A stretch of DNA of 64,000 nucleotides, from the NCBI GenBank assembly GCA_003173895.1, contig PJMG01000005.1:18275-82274 (forward strand), in the 5' to 3' direction. The stretch's first letter is position 1, and each line of letters begins with the position of its first letter. The DNA is from Candidatus Levyibacteriota bacterium. GTDB lineage: Bacteria > Patescibacteriota > Microgenomatia > Levybacterales > UBA12049. The translations under genes were made by a program, and so were the position numbers. Below, in pieces: positions 56,277 through 64,000 of this stretch. The notes beneath the pieces were generated by a model. The model worked only from the letters and a program-made list of their open reading frames with translations. It made no database searches and was not told the DNA's origin.

Positions 56277-58634
56277 TTACTTAATCCCCTTTTTCTTAAA
56301 AACTATAAAATCGTCAAATTTCGCAATTTCTATATAATTTTTATCTTCTTCTAAATCGGCAGCCATTTTTTTCTGAGCAGGAAGTGAAGGTGAAGCATAT
56401 TTATCATTTAATAAAAACGTCACTATGTCAGCCTGCTCTACTCCCACAGGAATAGTATAAATATTTTCTCTGTGGGATAAATGAGAACCTAAATTATTCG
56501 AAGCGGCTATACTATATTTTTTATCAATTTGCGATAAAAAATTAGCTATTTTATCTCGATCCTGAAGTGGCTTATCAAACATATCAGTATTGGAATTTCT
56601 ATCAAATGGTAATGGTCCAAAGAAATATGAACTAATTAAGGCTAATAAAATTATAACTGTAGCTATTAATTTATTTGAGGGAAGTTTTAACTTATTTTTA
56701 AGATAGAAAACACCATTTAGAAAACTAATGAAAACAAATGGCGTTATAGGGCCGGTATACTGATAATAAATTTCATGAAGTTCGGGTTTGGTACTCAATA
56801 AGTTTAATAATAATTCAGGTAGAGGAATAATTAAATATAACGGCGCGAAAATCGATAAGAATCCTACATGCATAAATAATTGACTTAAATATAAAAGTCT
56901 ATCAGGAGCCAGTAGCGTAGAAAAAGTTTTATTAGGAGAAAGAACTATAGTTTTTAAAATTTGACTAGGAGTGGTTCCAAAATCAGAATAATATGAAAAT
57001 GCGAAATGAGCTCCATTATGAAAATGAGGTATTATAACTAAGAATAATAAGAAAAATAAGATTAAAGATAAGACTGAAATTATACCGCCCAAAATCCTTT
57101 TCTTTTTTGAAATTATGACATATATCCCAAAAATAGATATAAGCAACCAAATTTCTTCTTTACAAAGTCCAGCTAAAATTAGAAATATAGTCATCCAAAT
57201 ATATTTTTTCTTTTTAAGAAAATAAAATGCTCCTAGGAAAAATGTCGGGATTAAAGAATCGGAGTGGAAATCATATAAATTCGAATCTCCTATAGCTGGA
57301 TAAAGTAAATATGAAAACACAAAAGCAATTGAAATTGATTTCTCTTTAAAAGTATTTTTAGCAATTAAAAATATAAAAATTGCACCTAAACCTATAACTA
57401 TAGATTGAATTAATAAAAGCATTCTGGGATCTTCCCAAATTAGATAAAATGGAGCTAAAAGCACAAGTAAAAAGTCTGCATGTTGAGATAAGCGTGAAAC
57501 ATTATTTGTACCATCAGGATTGGTCAATTGGAAAATATTCCCATGTATCGTATTCCAAACAGTTTGATCCATATTCCCTAAATCAAATCTGCCTGTATAA
57601 AAGTTTTTATATCTTAAAAAGCTGGCTACTGTAAAATATAAAATGTAACAGCAGATTAAAAATCCAGTTAAAATTTCGTATCTATATTTACTTAAAAAGT
57701 TTTCTATTTTCTCACTTGTATTTTTAAATTTATTTAAGAGCATAGTTATACCAAAAAATAAAACTTCGCCCATAATTAAAATTATTCTAGAAAATATAGA
57801 AGTAATAGCAGCAAAAGATGCTGGTAAAAATTTTAAAAATCCAGCTGTAGCTATAGCTTCACGAACACCTAGGCCCATAGGTGTTACAAATGATAAAAAT
57901 CCTATAAGGCGGGCAAATATTAAAAACGCAGATATCTCTAAAAACTTACTTACTGGAAAATTAAAAATAGCAATTACAGAGAAATATGATCCAACTCCAA
58001 ATAGTGCCTCACTAATAATGGCATTAAAAAATAAATCTAAATTTTTCTTAATTCCAAAACCTTCAAAAATTTTTATGAATCCTGCCACTTTTTTAGTTTT
58101 TCTAAATTTAATTAAAAATCCTAATAAAATTAAACAGATTAAAATAGTTCCCACTAAAATAATGCCAGAAATAAAAGAAAAACTTTTATAAATAGAAAAT
58201 ATTAAGTTAATAGCAAAAAGAGAAAGTATTAAATCAGCAATTACGATAAAAATGGATTCTAGAGCATATAAAGAAAGTGTAGTGGTTTTTCTTAAGTCAT
58301 CTTTAGAAAAAGAAGATACTCTGGAAATAATAGACCAAAAATTACCAGGAACATAACGTCGTATTTCAGATGCTTCCCAAAGATATGCCGTTTCAAAAAG
58401 TGAAATTTTCTTTTCAGATTTAGTAGAAATAATTTTTTTCCATACATATGCTCTCTGAAAAAAGTAAAAGATAAAAAATACTAAAGATAAAAATATTAAA
58501 AAGAAATTAGGTACAGGTACCTTTAAAAGTATAGAAAAATTAGAAAATATTACTTTAAAAACGAAAATCAGTGCAATAATCGATAGAGGAATTCCCAGAA
58601 AAAATTTAATAAGTGAAATAATTTTATTTTGCAT
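56277..58634 (-). CDS. Fusion of an LPG-synthase-TM/flippase-like domain and a DUF2079 GT-C-like domain
   Basis: RRYVPGNFW and TPMGLGVRE; FDLGNMDQ..WN, YDFH, KEE, YQY. Confidence 0.8.
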   Translation of the reverse strand: MQNKIISLIKFFLGIPLSIIALIFVFKVIFSNFSILLKVPVPNFFLIFLSLVFFIFYFFQRAYVWKKIISTKSEKKISLFETAYLWEASEIRRYVPGNFWSIISRVSSFSKDDLRKTTTLSLYALESIFIVIADLILSLFAINLIFSIYKSFSFISGIILVGTILICLILLGFLIKFRKTKKVAGFIKIFEGFGIKKNLDLFFNAIISEALFGVGSYFSVIAIFNFPVSKFLEISAFLIFARLIGFLSFVTPMGLGVREAIATAGFLKFLPASFAAITSIFSRIILIMGEVLFFGITMLLNKFKNTSEKIENFLSKYRYEILTGFLICCYILYFTVASFLRYKNFYTGRFDLGNMDQTVWNTIHGNIFQLTNPDGTNNVSRLSQHADFLLVLLAPFYLIWEDPRMLLLIQSIVIGLGAIFIFLIAKNTFKEKSISIAFVFSYLLYPAIGDSNLYDFHSDSLIPTFFLGAFYFLKKKKYIWMTIFLILAGLCKEEIWLLISIFGIYVIISKKKRILGGIISVLSLILFFLLFLVIIPHFHNGAHFAFSYYSDFGTTPSQILKTIVLSPNKTFSTLLAPDRLLYLSQLFMHVGFLSIFAPLYLIIPLPELLLNLLSTKPELHEIYYQYTGPITPFVFISFLNGVFYLKNKLKLPSNKLIATVIILLALISSYFFGPLPFDRNSNTDMFDKPLQDRDKIANFLSQIDKKYSIAASNNLGSHLSHRENIYTIPVGVEQADIVTFLLNDKYASPSLPAQKKMAADLEEDKNYIEIAKFDDFIVFKKKGIK

Positions 58635-58699
58635 TTAAAGATACTAATCATTCTAGCAAAAATTATAGATTTTTTAAATTTGATATAATGGTTCATATT

Positions 58700-58773
58700 G
58701 CGCCTGTAGCTCAGCGGATTAGAGCGCTTCGCTTCGGACGAAGAAGTCGGGGGTTCAAGTCCCTCCAGGCGCA
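58700..58773 (+). tRNA. tRNA-Arg(UCG)
   Basis: GCGCCTG...CAGGCGC-A, loop CT-TCG-GA, T loop TTCAAGT. Confidence 0.95.
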
Positions 58774-58781
58774 CTGATTAG

Positions 58782-59201
58782 CTATTTTCTTCTAGAATTT
58801 AAATCTCCTAATTGTCTCTCAATTCGTGCAGCGAGACGGGGTTCTATTCCAGATAGAATTGGTTGTGTTTTAGCCTCTGATAATTTAACTAGAAACTCTG
58901 GATCATTACCTACTCTCCAGTCATAAAATAATATAGTAGCTTTATCATCTTTTTTGTAGATTTCAAAATAAAGGGGAATCCTAAATGATTTAAAAAATCT
59001 TCCCGCAAAAACATAATCTATAAATTTAGTTCCTTGTTGAGCGTTTGGGAATATATCTCTTATTTCACCAAGTGTAAGTATTTCCCCGTTTTCTATTCTT
59101 CCCGCAATTAAGGCATAAGGTGTCCCTTCCTCTAAGCCTGCATATTTTACATTTATTTCAGGATTATAAAAAGGATAATTTTCGTTTTCTGAATTAACCA
59201 T
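58782..59201 (-). CDS. Hypothetical protein (N-terminus MVNSEN)
   Basis: 139-aa ORF. Confidence 0.6.
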   Translation of the reverse strand: MVNSENENYPFYNPEINVKYAGLEEGTPYALIAGRIENGEILTLGEIRDIFPNAQQGTKFIDYVFAGRFFKSFRIPLYFEIYKKDDKATILFYDWRVGNDPEFLVKLSEAKTQPILSGIEPRLAARIERQLGDLNSRRK

Positions 59202-59350
59202 GCGGTAAGTATAACAAATAATTTAAATTTATCTAGCTTTAACTGGAAAATTCATTAAATAATCCTATAGTAATAGTCCTATAAATTTGATAATATATCC
59301 ATAGCTAAAATAGCCTGCCTCGCTAACTTCCTATTTTTAAATAAACTATA

Positions 59351-61498
59351 ATGGAAAACATTTCTCTGATAATTCCTCTTAATGACGAAATAATTGACTT
59401 TTCTAGGTTCATTTTTGGTTTAAACGAAGCACTATCTGAAAGAAAATTTATCAGAAGAGGTAGAAATATTGAATACGAGGTTATAATAGTCGCCCAAAAT
59501 CCAGAAAACCCCAGCCTTAAGAATATTAAAAATCTTTCAGAGAATTTTTCTATTAAACTTCTTATTGAAAGTAAATCTAAAAATGTTACTCAATTTTACG
59601 CTAAAGGTTTTTCCTATGCTAAATATGATATTTTAGTTAAAGTTAATCCTGATCAATTATTTTTAACTGACTCTTTGCTAAGAATAATTAATGAAATAAA
59701 AAAAGATACTGATTTAGTGATCATCTCAGAAAGTGAGCAAAAAGAATTATTTAAAACCGTTAATGATCAATTTCTTTTTAAACTTCAAAAAGATTTTCAG
59801 GCAAGTACTTTTGTTTTCACAAAATATGTATGGAATACAATTCACTTTGACTCCAATTCCGAAATAACCTTTAATATCGAATTTTTACATAGAACTATTC
59901 AAGCAGGATTTATAGTAAAAAACTTTAATTTCAACTCTCCTAAAAATAAAATTCAGCTGTCCCGTTTAAGAGAATTTAAAAATTTATTAAGCACCCTAGT
60001 CTATGTGATGCTTATAAGAACCGAGCGACTTTCTCCTCAATATCTACCCTCTGCTACAGAAGAAACTATGCTTAATGCAGGATTAGGTTATAGGAAACAT
60101 AAATTCATCACTCATACAAAATTGCCATTTAAAGATAGTGCCGTTGATTCTTTTATCTTTAAACAAGTTCTTTTTTTTGTTTTAATTATCGAATTTATAG
60201 TTCTAGGTTTAATTATTAATCCACTTTTAATTACCCAAATAATAGTAGGTATAATAAGTTTCATTTATTTTATAGACATATTTTTCACATTTTATTTAGT
60301 AGTTAAAACTATTCGTAGCTCCTATGAAATAACTTATACGGACAATGAATTAAAGGAAATTAAAGAAGAAAATTTACCTGTTTATAGTATCTTATGCCCT
60401 TTATATAAAGAGACGCATATGATTCCACATTTTTTAGATGGAATTGGGAAATTAGATTATCCTAAAGAAAAATTAGATGTAATACTTCTTTTGGAAGAGG
60501 ATGATAAAGAAAGCATAAAAGCAATTAGTTATATGAATTTACCACCATTTGTTAGAACTATTATAGTTCCTCACTCTCTACCAAAAACTAAACCTAAAGC
60601 TTGTAATTATGGGTTATCTCATGTTAAAGGAGAATACATCGTAGTTTACGATGCTGAAGATATACCAGACCCTATGCAACTTAAAAAAGCATATATAGGA
60701 TTTAATAAATCAGATAGAAAAGTGGTCTGTTTACAGGCAAAACTTAATTATTATAATCCTACTCAAAATCTTTTAACGCGCTTTTTTACTGCCGAATATT
60801 CTCTTTGGTTTGATGTTACTCTAACCGGACTTCAATCTATCAACACCAGTATTCCTCTTGGTGGAACTAGTAATCATTTTAGAACAGAAGATATTAAGAG
60901 ACTTAATGCTTGGGATCCATTTAATGTTACAGAAGATGCGGATTTAGGAGTAAGGTTATTTAAACAAGGTTATAAAACAGCAGTTATTGATTCTGTTACT
61001 TTAGAAGAAGCCAATAGTAATGTAGGTAATTGGCTCAGACAACGTTCACGCTGGATTAAAGGATACATGCAAACATATTTAGTACATAGTCGTGATATGG
61101 TCCCATTCTTTCGTAAATGGGGTATTCATGCACTTATTTTCCAATTAGTAATTGGGGGCAGAATCGCTTTTCTGTTTATAAATCCACTTTTATGGATAAT
61201 TACTATTTCTTATTTTATATTTTATGGTATAGTTGGTCCAAGTATAGAAGCTATATATCCACCTTTTATTTTATATATGGCTATTATCTCTCTTATTTTT
61301 GGTAATTATCTTTACATTTTTTGTTACATATTAGGCTGTGTTAAAAAAGGACAATGGCATCTTATAAAATATGTTTACCTGATTCCTTTTTATTGGTTTT
61401 TAATGAGTTTAGCTGGATGTATGGGTTTTTATCAATTAATTTTTAAACCACATTATTGGGAAAAAACTGTACATGGTTTGCATCTTAAAAAAATATGA
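59351..61498 (+). CDS. Processive-type GT2 glycosyltransferase with an additional degenerate N-terminal GT2 domain
   Basis: PKTKPKACN, YDAED, GGTSNHF, TEDAD, QRSRW, TM helices. Confidence 0.88.
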   Translation: MENISLIIPLNDEIIDFSRFIFGLNEALSERKFIRRGRNIEYEVIIVAQNPENPSLKNIKNLSENFSIKLLIESKSKNVTQFYAKGFSYAKYDILVKVNPDQLFLTDSLLRIINEIKKDTDLVIISESEQKELFKTVNDQFLFKLQKDFQASTFVFTKYVWNTIHFDSNSEITFNIEFLHRTIQAGFIVKNFNFNSPKNKIQLSRLREFKNLLSTLVYVMLIRTERLSPQYLPSATEETMLNAGLGYRKHKFITHTKLPFKDSAVDSFIFKQVLFFVLIIEFIVLGLIINPLLITQIIVGIISFIYFIDIFFTFYLVVKTIRSSYEITYTDNELKEIKEENLPVYSILCPLYKETHMIPHFLDGIGKLDYPKEKLDVILLLEEDDKESIKAISYMNLPPFVRTIIVPHSLPKTKPKACNYGLSHVKGEYIVVYDAEDIPDPMQLKKAYIGFNKSDRKVVCLQAKLNYYNPTQNLLTRFFTAEYSLWFDVTLTGLQSINTSIPLGGTSNHFRTEDIKRLNAWDPFNVTEDADLGVRLFKQGYKTAVIDSVTLEEANSNVGNWLRQRSRWIKGYMQTYLVHSRDMVPFFRKWGIHALIFQLVIGGRIAFLFINPLLWIITISYFIFYGIVGPSIEAIYPPFILYMAIISLIFGNYLYIFCYILGCVKKGQWHLIKYVYLIPFYWFLMSLAGCMGFYQLIFKPHYWEKTVHGLHLKKI

Positions 61499-63135
61499 AA
61501 AACTTTATTTGTAACATTAAAAATTTCTGGGAAAAACATAATGATTTAATAATTTTTGTATTAACTTTTTTAATAAGTTTAGCTTCTCAAATATATTTTT
61601 ATACTCATGGTAATCAAAATTTATCTGATTATGATGCTATAGCCAGACTCAATATTGCTAGGAAAATAATAGATAGTTTAACGCCGGGGATAGGACAATT
61701 AGGCGGTATTTGGTTACCGTTTCCTCAGATTTTAATGATTCCTTTTATTTGGAATAATTTTCTTTGGCACACAGGTATAGCAGGCTCTATAGTTTCAGGT
61801 ACTGCATTTATTCTAAGTGCCATTTATCTTAGGAAAACAGTATTACTTCTGACAAATAATAAAAAAGCAGCGCTTTTAGTGTGGTTTATTTTTGTAAGTG
61901 ATATTAATCTTTTACTGCTTCAAACTATGGCCATGAGTGAATCATTTTTCTTATTTTCTATGATTATGATTCTTTATTTTTTAACTAAATGGGTAAAGGA
62001 TCATGACTTTGTAGATTTTTTACTACTTGGGTTATTTGTTACTTTTATTACCTTGACTCGCTATGAAGGATATTTCGTTTTTATAGGAGTGTTCATTAGC
62101 GTTTTTCTAGAATGTATATTTTCTTATTGGCGATATGAAGGAAAAGATAAGGTAGAAGGGATGATGTTAGTGTTTTTAACTGTGGCTGGTTTTGGTATTT
62201 TTCTGTGGTGTTTATACTGTGCACTTTTTTATAAAGATCCACTTTATTGGCTTCATGTCTATTCATCAGATAAAGGACAGGTTTCTACATATTCTGCGTC
62301 CATAGAAAATGTTAAGACAAATACCACGATAGTAGGTAAAGGTGCTCTTTCAATTACGCAAAGTTTTTTAACTTATTCTTCTGCCATTTTATGGACTAAT
62401 GGAATAATTACTTCTTTACTAGCTCTTTTTGGATTTATTCTTATTACTATTAATGTTTTAGAAAGAAGATTAATAAGAAGTAAGATTAGACTATATTTGC
62501 CGATCATCATAATAAGCACTGTTTTATTTAGTCTTCTAGTATATGGATATCAAAGAGGTTTTATTCCAGCTATAGAATTCCCGCCCATTACCATAGTACA
62601 TTTACTTAGTAAATCATTTAATGATTTCTCACATTCTAATATTCGCTATGGTGTAATTATGGCGCCTTTAATTTTTATTTTTATAGGTCTCATAGCTTCT
62701 AGAAATAAAGTATTTGGAGTATTAATTACACTACTAATTGCTTTCCAGATTTTCACTTATTTCTATACTCCCCTTTTTCTTTATTTCTCATTTCCTGCTT
62801 CTTGGGGATATTCTATTCTCAAACCTGTTCCCTGGTTTATTTCTCACTATGATGGAGGATTAATCTTAACCAGTTCTAACAGGCATGAGAATTTTATGTT
62901 TCAAACGGGATTACCCTATAAAGATTTTATTTATGAAGGATCTCGCGAATATTGGACTACCTCACTTAATGAACCTGATATGTATGCTACATGGATTTTA
63001 TATGATGAAACTAATACTGGAGATAATGTTACCAGATATTTGACAGACTATGCTCATTATATTTTAGATACTAAATACAAACTTTTATACTACCAAAATG
63101 GTGTAAAGATATATAAATTAAAGGATACTAATTAG
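61495..63135 (+). CDS. GT-C-type (family 39-like) membrane glycosyltransferase
   Basis: YDAIARLNIAR, WLPFP, AMSE, TRYEG; overlaps the GT2 stop. Confidence 0.75.
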   Translation: MKNFICNIKNFWEKHNDLIIFVLTFLISLASQIYFYTHGNQNLSDYDAIARLNIARKIIDSLTPGIGQLGGIWLPFPQILMIPFIWNNFLWHTGIAGSIVSGTAFILSAIYLRKTVLLLTNNKKAALLVWFIFVSDINLLLLQTMAMSESFFLFSMIMILYFLTKWVKDHDFVDFLLLGLFVTFITLTRYEGYFVFIGVFISVFLECIFSYWRYEGKDKVEGMMLVFLTVAGFGIFLWCLYCALFYKDPLYWLHVYSSDKGQVSTYSASIENVKTNTTIVGKGALSITQSFLTYSSAILWTNGIITSLLALFGFILITINVLERRLIRSKIRLYLPIIIISTVLFSLLVYGYQRGFIPAIEFPPITIVHLLSKSFNDFSHSNIRYGVIMAPLIFIFIGLIASRNKVFGVLITLLIAFQIFTYFYTPLFLYFSFPASWGYSILKPVPWFISHYDGGLILTSSNRHENFMFQTGLPYKDFIYEGSREYWTTSLNEPDMYATWILYDETNTGDNVTRYLTDYAHYILDTKYKLLYYQNGVKIYKLKDTN

Positions 63136-63988
63136 TATTTCTTACTGTACGTCTAGAAGCACCATTACTATATCCATTTCCATTTTCTTGCTCTTTACCA
63201 TTCAAATGACCATTCTCTGGTTCTATTTTTACTAAAGAAGGAGTATCTAAAACTGTTAATCTATTATTTTCGTCTTTATTTACATGCATACGTACGCGAG
63301 TCTTACCAGGAATAGGTATAATATTCTCTGGATCTTTAGTGACAAAATATATTTCATTAAAATCAGCTTCACGTCCTAATATTGAATGTTTAATATTATC
63401 AAGTAACTTAAAAAAGTTTTTTTGAAAGACATTCTCAATATAGGTTAAAATTTCATCTTTTTTTTGATTTCCTATAATAATAATTTTTATTGACTCACTA
63501 GTAGGAGACATACTAACAACTTCTGCAGGAATACTTAAAAAGAATCGTCCACTATAGGGAGAATTTTCTATATCATTTCTTATGTCGTTAAAATAATTTA
63601 CGAATAAAGAATGTCCAATAGTATCCCATAAAGGATTAACAATTAATTTAGTAGAACTTTTTAGATCATGATCTATGATAGAAACAGCTTCTTCGAAGAA
63701 ATATTCATCAGGGATTAAAAATTTAGTATTATAGTTATTTATAAAATCTAGGTTTGTTTTAGAGATAGTATGATTTCTAGCAAGATTAATTTTTTCTTTT
63801 ATCTCTTCTTCTGATGAATCATCTAGAGGAGCATTTTTGTTATAACGTTTTCTACGACCCCAGGGAGCCAGAAGATCAATCGCTACACAATACGTACGCT
63901 CTTGTAATGCACGCTTTTGCACGTCATCTAATGACTCATTTTGTCTTTTTTTCTTTTCCCACAATTCTATGGTTTGGATAGCTCTCAC
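63128..63988 (-). CDS. Hypothetical protein, probably truncated at the window edge
   Basis: Open frame continues to the window end. Confidence 0.55.
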   Translation of the reverse strand: MRAIQTIELWEKKKRQNESLDDVQKRALQERTYCVAIDLLAPWGRRKRYNKNAPLDDSSEEEIKEKINLARNHTISKTNLDFINNYNTKFLIPDEYFFEEAVSIIDHDLKSSTKLIVNPLWDTIGHSLFVNYFNDIRNDIENSPYSGRFFLSIPAEVVSMSPTSESIKIIIIGNQKKDEILTYIENVFQKNFFKLLDNIKHSILGREADFNEIYFVTKDPENIIPIPGKTRVRMHVNKDENNRLTVLDTPSLVKIEPENGHLNGKEQENGNGYSNGASRRTVRNTN

Positions 63989-64000
63989 TGCTCCAACTAA

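Noticed and set aside
58568-58774. 68-aa ORF on the minus strand
   Set aside because: Antisense to tRNA-Arg(UCG)
3086-61305. Short ORFs nested in or antisense to longer genes (3086, 6286, 17078, 19825, 28726, 32586, 41796, 43158, 46758, 49708, 52702, 53719, 54616, 55345, 57449, 61117)
   Set aside because: They overlap well-supported genes and have no recognisable motifs
1-64000. Prophage, integrative element or CRISPR-Cas locus
   Set aside because: No integrase, transposase, phage structural or cas genes and no repeat-spacer array; orphans are interleaved with core genes throughout

Overview
AT-rich bacterial chromosome segment read with the standard code. The gene content and style suggest a Patescibacteria/CPR genome, probably Microgenomates-like (inference). 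Housekeeping genes (fur-family regulator, gpmA, eno, mgtA-type P-ATPase, obgE, D,D-carboxypeptidase, mutS, mutL, MacAB-type ABC exporter, typA, dinB, glycosyltransferases) and an FMN-binding/ApbE/RnfD-like flavinylation cluster alternate with many single orphan genes that appear to have their own leaderless promoters. There are five canonical tRNA genes: Pro-UGG, Arg-UCU, Gly-UCC, Leu-UAA and Arg-UCG. The most striking locus (25.6-26.3 kb, minus strand) reads: promoter, then the 5' half of a canonical tRNA-His ending exactly after U33, then a zinc-finger HNH endonuclease, then a complete tRNA-His(GUG) with a covariantly rewired D/T-loop elbow. This looks like a selfish endonuclease cassette that replaces a tRNA. 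Second, GC-rich GTCAT/GTCGT-ended palindromic elements sit in frame inside eno (a nested 135-bp insert), obgE, mutS and a glycosyltransferase, and upstream of typA. Third, many orphan proteins share an N-terminal Pro/Glu motif and carry degenerate enzyme domains (sigma region 4, zeta-like kinase, GT9, RNB, zincin, protein-kinase-like), suggesting an exported effector repertoire. No CRISPR array, rRNA, integrase or transposase was seen. All family assignments come from motif recognition by eye; no searches were run.
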